A DNA stretch of 64,000 nucleotides from Octopus vulgaris (GCA_951406725.2 OX597836.1:16182001-16246000); one strand, 5' to 3'. Shown: positions 1 through 14,966, counted from the first letter of the stretch. Notes: generated from the sequence alone by a model not told the origin. Numbers and translations: made by a program.

Positions 1-77
1 ATATATATGTGTATGTGTGTGTGTGTGTATGTACACTCAAATATACACATGTGTACATCTCACTCAATATCTCTCTC

Positions 78-132
<55 letters not shown>

Positions 133-499
133 ATTCTGGATGAAATATGATCGGTTTGATCATTCAGTTTTTACTGAGTAATATTTTCCTTATCAGTTTT
201 TCTTCTCTAAAGAGTTCTAAAGCAAAAGGGCAGTAATAAGGAATTAATTTGGTCACCATGTTTCATTTTGTAAATTTCAGAGACACACCCAAAGAAACAC
301 GCCAGGCAGTCTGCGCACGTACGGGGATTATCAAAGCTATGTTGCTATGTATAGAGTAGTCTTGGCTGTATATTTCTGGGGGTGACGTGTATACGCATGA
401 ATGCATGTGTATGTGTGTGTGCGTGTGTAGGCATGTATATGTGTGTGTGTGCGTGTGTAGGCATGTATATGTGTGTGTGTATATATGTATATATATATA

Positions 500-662
500 G
501 GCACAGGAGTGGTTGTGTGGCACGAATCTTGCTTCCCAACCACATGGTTCCGGGTTCAGTCCCACTGCGTGGCACCTTGGGCAAGTGTCTTCTACTATAG
601 CCTCGGGCTGACCAAAGCTTTGTGACTGGATATGATAGACGGAAACTGAAAGAAGCCTGTCC
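500..662 (+). mobile_element. SINE family A, 5' half (tRNA-derived head plus CORE-like segment)
   Basis: A-box-like TGGTTGTGTGG and B-box-like GGTTCAGTCC, then ACCTTGGGCAAGT; matches the full copies at 11192, 27350 and 37433. Confidence 0.8.
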
Positions 663-712
<50 letters not shown>

Positions 713-1188
713 TAGATAGATAGATAGATAGATAGATACATACATACATACATACATGCATACATACATACATAAAGATATGGATATATATATAGGAATT
801 TATATATATATACATATGTATACATGCGCGCGTATATATATTTATGAAAGTTTGTGGCCTGGTGTTAAGGTATTGCATTCATTATCGCAGGATCGTGGTT
901 TCAATTCCTAGACCAGGTGTTGTGTTATACTTTTGAGCAAACCCCTTCATCATATGTCACTCTCCAATCAGTTAAGCAAATGACGTGTAATTCACCGTGC
1001 ACCTGTTCAGATAGTATCGATTTTATTGATGGGAAGTGAGATAATGTGCCGCACAAACATTTGATCTGCTAAACAGAATACCTGTACCGGTTGTTCAGCA
1101 AGAACGTTGCGCAACGTTCCTTTGTATTTCTGCCCTTCTTTTCCTGTCTGCGTATCTCTTTATCTGTCTCTCTGTCTCTGTCTCTCTC

Positions 1189-1233
<45 letters not shown>

Positions 1234-1309
1234 ATCTCCATTGAGACAAAGAGATACGCGGACAGGAAGAGAAGGGGGAGACACACAAAGGAGCATTGCG
1301 CAACGTTCT

Positions 1310-1600
1310 TGCCCAGTGATTAGGGGAGCGGACTCGCGGTCGGAGGATCGCGGTTTCGATTCCCAGACCGGGCGTTGTGTATGTTTATTGAGCGAAAACA
1401 CCTAAAGCTCCACGAGGACTCCGGCAATGGGTGGTGGCGACCCCTGTTGTACTCTTTCGCCCCAACTTTCTCTCATTCTCTCTTCCTGTTTCTTAAGTAA
1501 CGTTGCGATGGACTGGCGTCCTGTCCAGCTAGGGGGAGTACATGCGCCACAGAAACCGGGAAACTGGGCCCATGAGCCTGGTTAGGCTTGAAAAGGGCGC

Positions 1601-1602
<2 letters not shown>
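1310..1602 (+). mobile_element. SINE family B (tRNA-derived head), tail variant 1
   Basis: Head GCCCAGTG.TTAGGG.AGCGGACTCGCGGTC...GGTTTCGATTCC is shared with the 4754 and 58028 copies; distinct tail contains GCGATGGACTGGCGTCCTGTCCAG. Confidence 0.8.
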
Positions 1603-1659
<57 letters not shown>

Positions 1660-1892
1660 TATTCATATACAGATGTATATATGTATGTGTGTGTTATATT
1701 GTGTGTCCATGTATGTTTGTTATGAAGCCATTCTTTTATTTCTTTCAGCCATACGACTACAGCCATGCTGGGGCATCACCTTGATCTACTTACTCGAAAA
1801 GAAAAAAAACCCAGTACTTACTTTTAGGTCTAACACTTATTGTTTCATTTGTAAAGCGGTGGAGAAAGGAACACAACAACACGCACCCCCCC

Positions 1893-1933
<41 letters not shown>

Positions 1934-2074
1934 CATGATTCTACGCAATTTCCACCAACTAAATTCAGTCACATGACGTTGGTCATTCTGGGATATTTGA
2001 CGTGGTTGTGAAACAATCTTATCTAAACTACACCATCATCTGAATCTGTGTGTGTGAGTGTGCGCGTACTTTTT

Positions 2075-2107
<33 letters not shown>

Positions 2108-2117
2108 CACTTTTAAG

Positions 2118-2338
2118 TACGAGTGTGTGTTGAAAAGTTCCTGGCTTTGGGTAAAAGAAAATAGAGGAGGATCAGTTAATTATGATTTTATGCAACATGT
2201 TTCCCTCTCAGATTCACACACTTATTGCAGCGGCCCTTCAGTTTTTCTATAAACCCTGTAAAAGAACTCGAAAGTTTGAGTGCCGAAGCAGGCCTTTCAT
2301 GATACCCTTAAAACCAGGAACTTTTTTCAGCACCCTCA
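2118..2338. mobile_element. Tc1/mariner-type MITE
   Basis: TA followed by CGAG.GTGTG.TGAAAAGTTCCTGG.TTT at the left end; imperfect inverted copy AAACCAGGAACTTTTTTCAGCACCCTC at the right end. Confidence 0.65.
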
Positions 2339-2451
2339 CATGTGTGTGTATGTGAGTGTGTGTGAGCGTGTGTGTGTGTGTGTGTGTATACACACACATG
2401 TTCATAAACCTACTCATATATACTGACATAGGACATACATTCATACATACA

Positions 2452-2735
<284 letters not shown>

Positions 2736-2753
2736 TATGCATGTATGTATGCA

Positions 2754-2793
<40 letters not shown>

Positions 2794-3164
2794 TGTATAC
2801 ATGTATGTATGTAATGTACGTGTGTATATGTATATGCACACGCGCACCCCTCCACCAGTTCATCCTTGGTTGGGAATGTTCCAACACGGTAAATTGTAAA
2901 GCTGGCAAAAATCCACCCGAGGAAGTCATTACTTAGCCTACATCTTAACCGTAACCTTAACCCTAACATAAGTTATTTGCAACCCATGTATCCACCCTTC
3001 TTCTCTACATCTTAACGATTCTTCCTGTGTACCCGAGTTTTTCTTAATCGCTGCCGTTGTTGTTATCCAGAGAAGAGAGCCTTGGTGGAAAGTTCCACAG
3101 ATCTGTAAGATAATTCCAATGTCTGCAATTAAACGAAAATATTTTCTTCACCCTGTATGGATGT

Positions 3165-3235
<71 letters not shown>

Positions 3236-3580
3236 CGAGTGTATGTGTGTATGTGTCTGTATGTGCATCGTTTTGTTTGATATATACAGAAAAAAGAAAC
3301 AGTCAAAAATTTATTAAAGGGTATATACAACCCTTCACACATATGTGTTTATATTTACATATACGCACACATCCTCCATTTATACATATATATACATGCA
3401 CACAAGCATACAAACACACAAACATAGATGTTTGTTATTTTTAGTTTACATAAAAAGAAACATCTATTAAAGGGTATATATATATACCCTTAAATAAACG
3501 TTTCTATATATATAATATGTGTGTGTATATATATAACATGTATGTATATAAATATAAAAATATATATGTATGTATGTGTG

Positions 3581-3617
<37 letters not shown>

Positions 3618-3671
3618 GAAATATTAAAATAACTAAGTCTCTCAAAGAGAACAGCGGCAGCGTTCCGAAAA

Positions 3672-3942
3672 TAATAGTTATCGCCATATATGGATTTTAT
3701 AAAAATAAGAAAAAGCTGTCCGTTATAAGTTAGCTATTTGATACACAAACTGTATCCATATAACCTTCGAACAAGGGAGGTCAGTCGCTCCACAAGTAGT
3801 GGAGCGACTGACCTCCTTGTTCGAAGGTTATATGGATACAGTTTGTGTATCAAATACTAACTTAAGGCGATGGCCTCATGGAGCTAATAAGCGGACAGTT
3901 TTTCTTTTTTTATAAGAATGCCATATTAGTATGGCGATAATA

Positions 3943-3945
<3 letters not shown>
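3672..3945. repeat. Fold-back inverted repeat
   Basis: 3726-3793 is the reverse complement of 3799-3864 (two 1-nt indels, 5-nt spacer); looser outer arms at 3672-3725 and 3886-3945. Confidence 0.9.
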
Positions 3946-3979
<34 letters not shown>

Positions 3980-4189
3980 ATTTATATATATGTATATACA
4001 CAGATATGTATACACTTCATATATATTTATATATAAATGCACATATATATATATATATATACTCTTTATGTATAGGTATATGTGTGTATGTTTTATATAT
4101 ACATAAAAGAGTTAAATATTTATCAAAGGATATGTGTAGGTGTCTGTGTGTATGTGTGTATGTGCGTGACTGCGTGTGTGTATATTTAT

Positions 4190-4528
4190 ATACTCTTTTA
4201 CTCTTTCACTTGTTTCAGTCATTTGACTGCGGCCATGCAGGAGCACCGCCTTTAGTCGAGCAAATCGACCCCGGGACTTATTCTTTTGTAAGCCCAGTAC
4301 TTATTCTATCGGTCTCTTTTGCCGAACCGTTAAGTGACGTAAACACACCAGCATCGGTTGTCAAGCAATGTTGGGTGGGGACAAACACAGACACACAAAC
4401 ATATACACACACACTTATATATATATGCATATATACGACAGGCTTCTTTCAGTTTCCGTCTACTAAATCCACTCACAAGGCATTGGTCGGCCCGGGGCTA
4501 TAGCAGAAGACACTTGCCCAAGATGCCA
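4190..4528 (-). mobile_element. SINE family A, lacking head
   Basis: Near identical to the body and tail of the 27350 and 37433 copies; tail repeat GAGTAAAA. Confidence 0.85.
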
Positions 4529-4753
4529 TCTGCTTTTATGTATACGTAAAAAAAAAATCATATTTATTAAAGTATGTATGCATGTGTGACCAAATATACA
4601 TACACATATATATATTAAGCAAGAAGCCGCCCGATAGTAGATAGCTTTTAAGCAACCGACCCTGAATGGGAAGACCTGAAAACATATATCTGACTTGTTT
4701 TGGAGAATTTGTTGCAATTGCTTCCTCCAGAGTCATATCTCAACGCAGGAGCA

Positions 4754-5138
4754 GGAAGCACTCCGTCGGTTACGACGACGAGGGTTCCGGTTGATCCGAA
4801 TCAACGGAACAGCCTGCTCGTGAAATTAACGTGTAAGTGGCTGAGCACTCCACAGACACGTGTACCCTTAACGTAGTTCTCGGGGATACTCAGCGTGACA
4901 CAGAGAGTGACATGGCCGGCCCTTTGAAAATACAGGTACAACAGAAACAGGAAGTAAGAGTGAGAGAAAGTTGTGGTGAAAGAGTACAGCAGGGATCACC
5001 ACCATCCCCTGCCGGAGCCCCGTGGAGCTTTTTAGGTGTTTTCGCGCAATAAACACTCACAACGCCCGGTCTGGGAATCGAAACCGCGATCCTACGACCG
5101 CGAGTCCGCTACCCTAACCACTGGGCCATTGCGCCTCC
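4754..5138 (-). mobile_element. SINE family B, full length, tail variant 2
   Basis: Closely matches the reverse complement of 58028-58409; TCATATCTCAA occurs on both flanks (4733-4743, 5141-5151), a possible TSD. Confidence 0.85.
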
Positions 5139-6172
5139 ACTCATATCTCAATGACGATCATATTGGTCGCAAAAAATCATGTAAAAATATCTACCATATT
5201 CCTCTCACAACGTATTAATGAATCCGAGGCTGCAGTACAAGACGTGTACATACCTAAGGATAAAGTTGATAATGACTGCGAAGTTTCGGCAATTGTCGCT
5301 TCGTCAGACTGAGGTCGTTTATTTTGTCCTAAGTCTTATATATATTTTGGTTCGTCTTACGTATGTGTGCCTTAGTGGTTGTGAAGTAGATGTGTTTAAT
5401 TTTTTATTTTGTGATGTATTTAGATTTATAGATTGTTTGACAGCATGTGCATATATGTACGCAAGCGTATAAAAGTACATCTATGTATATATGTATCTAT
5501 GCATGTATGTATGCATGTATGTATACATGTTTGCATGCATGGATTTATGTATATATGTATGTATGTATGCATGCATGTATATATGTATGCCTGTGTGCAT
5601 GTATGTATATATGTATGTATGCATGTATGTTCGCTTCTATATAGATATATATGAATGCATATAAGTATGTATGTATGCACGTATGCATGTAGCATCTATG
5701 TATGCATCTACGTATGCCTGTATGTATGTATGAATGTATATATATATATATATAAATGTATATATGCATGCATCTATGTATATATTTACGCAGGTTTGTA
5801 TGTTTGCATGTATGTCTGTAAGTTTGCCTGTGTATGTATGCCTGTGTATGTATGTATATCTGAGTATGTATGTATGTATGTATGTGTGTATGTATGTATG
5901 TATGTATGTATGTATGTATGTATGTGTGTATGTACGTCATGTTTGAATGCACGTGCATGTGTGTAAGTTCGTGCATATATGTCCATAATGTGTGCGTGTG
6001 TGTGTGTGTATGTGTGTGTGGGTGTGGTAATGTTTGTGTAAATATGTATGCAATGCTTACACGTATGCAATATGTGTATTTGTGTGTATGTATATGTAAG
6101 GTGAGTGTGCGTGTTCAGTAATATATAATTTCATCTATATACTAATATCTATACACTCACACATACATCTTC

Positions 6173-6213
<41 letters not shown>

Positions 6214-6267
6214 TACGTAGATATGTATATATACATATGTATATTTATATGCACACAACTATATATA

Positions 6268-6348
<81 letters not shown>

Positions 6349-6360
6349 ACATACATGCAT

Positions 6361-6394
<34 letters not shown>

Positions 6395-6500
6395 GTATTT
6401 ATAAATATATATATAGTATATATAAACACATATGCATACATGTAATATACACGTGTTTATATGTCGCATATACACACATATACATCATATAAATATACAC

Positions 6501-6531
<31 letters not shown>

Positions 6532-6661
6532 AGTGTTTGTGTGTGTGTGTCTATGTGTGCGTGAGTGTGTGTGTATGTATGTACATATGTATATATATAT
6601 ATGTATTCATACATATATATGTATGTGTCTGCATGTGTTTGTCTGCAGGTGTGTGTGTCTG

Positions 6662-6732
<71 letters not shown>

Positions 6733-7211
6733 AGGGCCATGTAGCCCCAGCTGAGAAGTGCCAGGTCCTGCAGAAGAGCGATAAATGTGAAGTAATTCCT
6801 CTGAGGAATTATCTCTCAACACAACTCAATATATTGATCCGACGGTCGGCTGGCTGGCCGGCTTGATGGCCGGCTGGCTGGCTGGCTGGCTGGCCGGTTA
6901 GTTGGTTGGTCGGTGGGTCGGCTGGTCGGTGGGTCGGCCGGGTCGGTTGGACGGTAGGTTAGTAATTTGGTGATCCAACGCCACCACGCCTCTTACACAT
7001 GCGCACATAACGTCATACATTCACATACACATACTTGTATAACTATATAAATATATATAGGAAGGTGTGTTTGTACGTATGGTTCTTTATCACCGACCAG
7101 TAATACACTGTCGTACATATGTCTGTGTGTGGCTGCATGTATGTGTGTGTGTATGAATATATATACATACGCACGCATACACATACGTATTGGAGAAAGA
7201 GAGAGGGTACA

Positions 7212-7242
<31 letters not shown>

Positions 7243-7290
7243 CACATATATATGCAGGACCTGGCACTTCTCAGCTGGGGCTACATGGCC

Positions 7291-7331
<41 letters not shown>

Positions 7332-7752
7332 TATATTTAGATGATGTATATGTGTGTATATGCGACATATAAACACGTGTATATATATGTGTGTGTGTGT
7401 GTGTGTGTTGTACCCTCTCTCTTTCTCCAATACGTATGTTTATGCGTGCGTATGTATATATATATATATTCATACACACACACATACATGCAGCCACACA
7501 CAGATATATATGTACGACAGTGTATTACCGGTCGGTGATAAAGAACCATACGTACAAACACACCTTCCTACTTATCTAGCTACCGACCTACATGCATACA
7601 TACGTATGTACAGCCATGTAGCTGTATGCGTACATGTATATAAATATATATATGTGTGTATGTGTATATATGTATGTATATACCTCTGCACGCATGTATA
7701 TATATATATTCATATGCGTACGTATGTGAGTGTATGTCTGTGCGTGTTTATG

Positions 7753-7802
<50 letters not shown>

Positions 7803-8014
7803 CATATATATATACCTGTTCACACGTTCGCTCATAAACTGATATAGTTTTCCTGCAATATATCGTATACGTGTGCACAAACTAGGATACAACCATACAT
7901 ACGCACATACGCACATCTGTGTGTGTGTATGCATGTATATATGTGTATAAATACGCACACACACACACTCGAATATATTCCTATATCTATATCTTTTATT
8001 GATGAACATCGATG

Positions 8015-8082
<68 letters not shown>

Positions 8083-8104
8083 TGCAAGTATATATAAATA
8101 TATT

Positions 8105-8135
<31 letters not shown>

Positions 8136-8209
8136 GTGTTTGTATACATATATAGTTGTATACATATATATTCGTATTTATACATATATAACTAACTAAC
8201 TAACATATG

Positions 8210-8252
<43 letters not shown>

Positions 8253-8420
8253 TATATGTATGTATTTGTATGTATATGTATGTATACATATATATGTATA
8301 TGTATGTATATATATATATGTATGTGTATATATATGTATGGACATATATATACATAAATATATACATATATACATATATATATATTATATATACACACAT
8401 ATATAAGGTCATATATATAC

Positions 8421-8451
<31 letters not shown>

Positions 8452-8719
8452 TGTATGTATGTATGTATGTATGTATGTATGTATGTATAAAGTAGAGATA
8501 GGGGAGAGGAAGAAATGTGTCTGTGTCTTGTCTGAGTGTGACGATGAAAAAGGGGAGGGGGAGGAAAGAGGGGTGGGGTCAGGATGATCTATGAGGGTGG
8601 TGGGGGTGGGCAGGGCGGGAGTAACTTTTTCCCAGCAGAATTGATTCCTTATCTTCGGTTTTCGACCGGTGAGTTTCTCTATTGTTTATCGATTGGTCTT
8701 TTACAGGCAGTCAGCTGGC

Positions 8720-9202
8720 GGCGGCTGTCGCGGCGGTGGTTGCGCTGGTGGTGGTGGTTGTGATGGCGGCCGTGGAGGAGATGGTGTTGCTTATGATTCG
8801 TTGAGATGATATAGTATTGGTGGTGGTGGTGGTGGTTTGTTTTAGTGAAGGTAGTGGTGGTTGTGGTTGTGGTGGTGATGATGGTGGCGGAGTTTGTGGT
8901 GGTGGTGATGGTTGGGGTTATGGTGGTGACGATGGTTGAGCTGGTAATGATGGTGGTGGAGTTTGTGGTGGTGATGGTGGTGGTAGTAGTGATGGTGGTG
9001 GTGGCGGTGATGGTGGCGGTGGCGGTGATGGTGGTGGTTATGGTGATGATGATGGTTGTGCTGGTGATGATGGTAGTGATGGTTTTAGCGATGGTGGTGG
9101 TGACAGTGATGGTGGTGGTGGTGGTGGTGGTGGTTGTGGTGGGGGTGATAGTGGCGGTTATGGTGGGGATAGAGGTAGTGTTATTGATGGTCGTGGTGAT
9201 GG

Positions 9203-9257
<55 letters not shown>

Positions 9258-9500
9258 TGTAGTAGTAGTAGCAACGGCCGTAGTGGCGTTAGTAGTACTG
9301 GCGGTGGTGCTGGTGGTTGTGATGTCGATGATGTCGATGATGCTGGTTGTAGTTATGTCGATAGTGATGCTGATAGTGATGTTAGAGGTGGCAACAGTGG
9401 TAGTGGTCTGGGTGGTAGTGGTGTTTGTGTTACTATGATATCAAGGACAATGGTGTTTGTGGCGATGGTGGTGGTGGTGGTGGTAGCGCAGGTGATTCTA
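8720..9500. repeat. Degenerate (GGT/GAT/GTA)n trinucleotide region
   Basis: Low-complexity sequence that produces the spurious poly-Val ORF. Confidence 0.9.
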
Positions 9501-9916
9501 GTATTGTTGTGGTTGCTTGTAGTTGTTGCTAAGTCTCAGGTCAAATTTGTTTTAGTAAATCCTATTACCAAAAGCGCTCCAGCCTTGCCCACCACCTCCT
9601 TTTCACACTATATAGGACTATATTATCTAATGCATCTCTTTATTTTCTTTTTTTCTGACGGTGTATTGGTGTGGTTCTCAACCGAGGTTCATATGGCCCA
9701 CATCCTCCATATGGAAGGGGGGGGGTCTATATAGTCCTTAGGGTTACATATAGCTCTTGGGGGCCCATAAAAGATTTTATCGTTAAAATTTATGCGTAAT
9801 AAATTAGTTATACGGCTATGTGGTAAGAAGCTTGCTTCACAACCACATAGTTCCGGATTCAATCCCACTGCCTGGCACCATCGACCAAAGCCTTATGAGT
9901 GGGTTTGGCAGATGAA

Positions 9917-9956
<40 letters not shown>

Positions 9957-10033
9957 GTATATATATATGAAAACTATATATATATATATATACGTATATA
10001 TATTTGTTTCTCTCCTTGTGTCTTTTTGTGTAC

Positions 10034-10069
10034 CTTTCTGTGGAAGAGCGTAGGCTCGAAACATAAAAG
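10034..10069 (+). ncRNA. Minimal hammerhead-like motif, CUGUNGA variant, cleavage triplet altered
   Basis: CTTT-CTGTGGA-A-GAGC gtag GCTC-GAAAC-ATA-AAAG, within a ~160-bp element between (TA)n tracts. Confidence 0.45.
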
Positions 10070-10679
10070 ACTTTTTCAATTCCCGAGCGTTATACTAATA
10101 TATCTGTTTGTTTTCTACACCAACTGTCTTCGTCTTTTGTTTTTTTCGTGAATTCTCCCCCTATATATATATATGTATGTATATATATATATATGTATGT
10201 ATATAAATGTAGGTATATATTTATGCGTGTGTCTATGTGTCTGTTTTTGTCACCTCCACCATCGCTTGACAACCGATGCTGGTGGGTTTACTTCCCCGTA
10301 TCTTAGCGGTCGGTTCGGCAAAATAGACCAATAGAATAACTACTATACTTACAAACAATAAGTGCTGCGGTCGATTTCTTCGACTAAAACTCTTTAATGC
10401 GGTGCTCCAGCATGGCCGCGGTCAAATGACTGAAACATGTAAAAGAATAAAAGAATATACAATTCCTAATAATATTTAATTACAAAACATCATAGTACAG
10501 CGTTATTCAAAAAGAATGAACCGATTTCATTTCGCAATATTTTAATAAGGTAAAGCAATAGAAAACTCCAGCTAAGTCACAAGTATTTATTCACAATCAA
10601 CTTTTATTTCCTGGTTTACAAGTATTCAATGTGGTCCGTATCAGCACATATTGGTAGAATAGCTCTCCCTTTCTGATCA

Positions 10680-11058
10680 GCGTAGGAGTGACTGTGTGGT
10701 AAGTAGCTTGCTTACCAACCACATGGTTCCGGGTTCAGTCCCACTGCGCGGCACCTTGGGCAAGTGTCTTTTACTATAGCCTCAGGCCGACTAAAGAGGC
10801 CCGTCGTATATATGTATATATATGTATGTGTGTATATGTTTGTGTGTCTGTGTTTTCTCCCTACGACATCGCTTGACAACCGATGCTGGTATGTTTACGT
10901 CCCCGTAACTTAGCGGTTCGGCAAAAGAGACCGATGGAATAAGTACTAGGGTTACAAAGAATAAGTCCTGGGGTTGATTTGCTCGACTATGGGCGGTGCT
11001 CCAGCATGGCCACAGTCAAATGACTGAAACAAGTAAAAGAGTAAAAGAGTAAAGAGTA
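10680..11058 (+). mobile_element. SINE family A with internal deletion
   Basis: Head, body and GAGTAAAA tail all present. Confidence 0.85.
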
Positions 11059-11191
11059 ATTTCTCTTCCTGTCCTCCAATGTGGGCAAACAATGGTTGAT
11101 CAGCACGAAATTGCAAAACCCTCATGCGTCGTCCAACGACGGGAGAGTCCATCACACACACACACACACACACACACATTTGTCCATCCTT

Positions 11192-11605
11192 TACTCTTTC
11201 ACTCTTTTACTTGTTTCAGTCATTTGACTGCGGCCATGCTGGAGCACCGCATTTAGTCGAGCAAATCGACCTCTCAGGACTTATTCTTTGTAAGCCCAGT
11301 ACTTATTCTATCGGTCTCTTTTGCCGAACAGCAAAGTGACGAGGACGTAAACACACCAGCATCGGTTGTCAAGCAATGCTAGGGGGACAAACACAGACAC
11401 ACAAACACACACTACATACATATATATATATATACATAAATACGACAGGCTTCTTTCAGTTTCCGTCTACCAAATCCACTCACAAGGCATTGGTCGGCCC
11501 GGGGCTATAGCAGAAGACACTTGCCCAAGATGCCACGCAGTGGGACTGAACCCGGAACCATGTGGTTGTTTAGCAAGCTACTTACCACACAGCTACTCCT
11601 GCGCC
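11192..11605 (-). mobile_element. SINE family A, full length
   Basis: Complete copy from the head GGCGCAGGAGTAGCTGTGTGG to the tail. Confidence 0.9.
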
Positions 11606-12075
11606 TAGTAAAATAAGATGAATCGATTAGCAAAAAAAAACAAACTGTAATATCAATACTTAACGAGAGAGCGTCTAACTGGTGACACGACCTGTTAAAA
11701 AATAGCAGCTAAATCATCGACAGATTACTTACTGTCATCTTATTAAGATAAAAAGCCATTTAATAATGTAATCCTAAAAACATTATAAAAAAGAAATGGA
11801 TGAAACATGAGATAAAAACACTAAAGTCTCGGCTGGTATGGTTTTCATCATAGGCCCCCTCGGCTAGGACTGACCTGTGGTTAAACAGCGCCCTCGCCGC
11901 CTCCGCCACCTCCTGTGCCAATGTAGTGTTGTCTAGAGTCATATGTTTTGTGACTCGAGTGATTTGCTGCCCACCTCGTTCGTATCGCCGAAACCTTCCC
12001 TAAGTCTCAACCAATATACGCCCTTCGTGCTTCACTAGATATATGACACCTTTACACTCTCTTTCTCCTGCTTAC

Positions 12076-12113
<38 letters not shown>

Positions 12114-12139
12114 ACGTGTATGTATATATTATGGACAAG

Positions 12140-12212
<73 letters not shown>

Positions 12213-12303
12213 GGGAGAGTTTACGAAAATAAACAAAAGGCAAAAACAGGTGGTGTACAAAACAAACAGATATATTAGTAGAACATTCAGGAATAGAAAA
12301 AGT

Positions 12304-12338
12304 CTTTTACGTTTCGAGCGTACGCTCTTCTACAGAAG
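12304..12338 (-). ncRNA. Minimal hammerhead-like motif, CUGUNGA variant
   Basis: Minus strand reads CTT-CTGTAGA-A-GAGC gtac GCTC-GAAAC-GTA-AAAG; host element 12206-12400 is homologous to those at about 10000 and 18600. Confidence 0.5.
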
Positions 12339-12416
12339 GTATACAGAAGAAACAAGGAGAGAAAAAAATGTATGTAGTGTCTAAATATCTATCATGGCGC
12401 ACACACACACACACTA

Positions 12417-12448
<32 letters not shown>

Positions 12449-12460
12449 GCATATATGTGT

Positions 12461-12502
<42 letters not shown>

Positions 12503-13268
12503 CAAATAAGAAAATGGAGGAGAACAATAGGTGGTTCATCAACTTTTAGACATTAAATTATGTTAACTTATTCATTTATTTATTTACTAATCTGGTAATT
12601 ACAATAACATACATACATATAGCATATTATTCTTTACATATAATATATAAGATATGAAATATAGTAATATATAAGGATACCAGTAATTATTATAAAAAAC
12701 ATGAATATAAATTGGTAAAATAACTTACAGCTGTTTCAGCCCATAGATAAAAATACCTCACATACATATATATACACATATGTATATATATTTCTCTTCT
12801 GGTAAAGTCATCTTCAAAACATATATAGGTAGGGACGATGTGTGTGTGTGTGTGTGTGTGTGTGTTTGAGTGCTGTGTGTGTGTGTGTGTGTGTGTGTAA
12901 AAAGAAAATACACGACTCGCTTGGAGTGAATTTACGGAGGAGGTATCAGTGTATTCACACGCGTACACATACACACAGAAATACCCATACGCATACACAC
13001 ACACACATGTAAACATATACACGCACATACACACGTACACACAAACATAAACATACGCACGTACACAAACATAAACATACACACGCGCATAAGCATATAT
13101 ACGCACACACACACATAGCATACGCACGCACACACACACACAAGCATACACACTTAAGCATACACACATAAACATACACACCAGGCATACACACGTACAT
13201 GATATATACACACACAAACGTGTGTATCTCGATCTTATTCATACATACACAAGCACGTATTCGTGTGT

Positions 13269-13308
<40 letters not shown>

Positions 13309-13619
13309 GTGTACGTATGTAAGTGTGTATACGTACCTTTGATTGTGTGTGTGTGTCTTTGATTGTGTGTGTGTATGTGTGTGTGCTTACCTATATATCA
13401 TATTTTTATATACACATACACCAGCGTGTAGATGTGTCCAGGTGTGTCTATATGAGTGAAAATAATCGAAACAAACAACAATTTAATAAAATATATATTT
13501 GTATATCAATCTTTTGAATTGAATGTAAACAGGTCTGGGTTGTTTGTTTTTGTTTTTGTTTTTGTTTTAAATCTCTTCCGGATTTTGACGACATTGCTAT
13601 TAATGTAAGGAATTATTGC

Positions 13620-13650
<31 letters not shown>

Positions 13651-13651
13651 G

Positions 13652-13830
13652 CAACTACTACTACTACTACTACTACACATCATCATCACCACCACCACTA
13701 TCACCACAACTACCAACACCGTCACCACCACCCAAAAACAGCACCACAAACACCACCACTACTACTACAACCACCTACATCGCGACCAACACCACTACCA
13801 CCAAAACCACTACCACCGCCGCTGCTGCTG

Positions 13831-13873
<43 letters not shown>

Positions 13874-14002
13874 ACATCACCACCACCACCACTATCACCA
13901 CAACTACCAATACCGTCACCACCACCAAAAACAGCACCACCAAAACTACTACCACCAACACCACTACCAACGCCGCTACTACTACTACTATTACTACTAC
14001 TC

Positions 14003-14039
<37 letters not shown>

Positions 14040-14187
14040 ACATCATCACCACCACCACTATCACCACAACTACCAACACCGTCACCACCATCCAAAAACA
14101 GCACCACAAACACCACCACTACTACTACAACCACCTACATCGCGACCAACACCACTACCACCAAAACCACTACCACCGCCGCTGCTG

Positions 14188-14218
<31 letters not shown>

Positions 14219-14270
14219 ATTCTACCACCACTAACATCACCACCTCAACTACCACCACTGTCACCACCAC
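13652..14270. repeat. Cryptic simple repeat block with a ~360-bp duplication
   Basis: 13677-13830 recurs almost exactly at 14037-14190, with a partial copy at 13872-13975. Confidence 0.85.
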
Positions 14271-14830
14271 CACCACCACCACCGTTGTTGTTGTTGTTGC
14301 TGTGCACACAGTTCACTCCGTAAATGTCACATATATTTGACCTCGTAAATATGAATGAACTTTGACCTTCCTTAAAAATAAATTTCTTTAAAAACAAAAA
14401 GAAAAAAAAAAACCAAGAAAATAATAAACGAACAAAAATATGATTTTCGGAAAGTGGAAAAAAAAAGAAACAAAAAAAATTGCAAAAAGAACAGCTTTAT
14501 TATTTATAAAAAGTAAAATTATAAAACTTTAAGGGTGAAAAAAAAATTTGTTTTTGCGAGTCTTCGTGGTGGTGGTGGTGGTGGTAGTGGTAGTGGTGGT
14601 GGTGGTGGTAGAGGTGGTGGTGGTAGCCGTCGTCGTCTTTGGTTTTGTTTTTGTTGTTTTTGTTATTGGGGATGTTTTGTGATTTTGATGTTGTTTTCGT
14701 TTAGTTGTTATCGTTCATCATCATCGCGGCTGTCATCATCATCATCATCACGATCCACTTCTTCCTCCTCCTCCTCCTCTTCATTATCATCATCATCACG
14801 ATCCTCTTCTTCTTCCTCCACTTCCTCCTC

Positions 14831-14861
<31 letters not shown>

Positions 14862-14966
14862 CGATCCACTTCTTCTTCCTCCTCCTCCCCCTCCTCCTCT
14901 TCATCATCATCGTCATCACCATCATCATGGCCATCATCATCATCGTCATCACCACGGTCGTCGTCG

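Noticed and set aside
2945-2968. Telomere-like TAACCG/TAACCT/TAACCC hexamers
   Set aside because: Only 3-4 degenerate units, probably internal to a small repeat element
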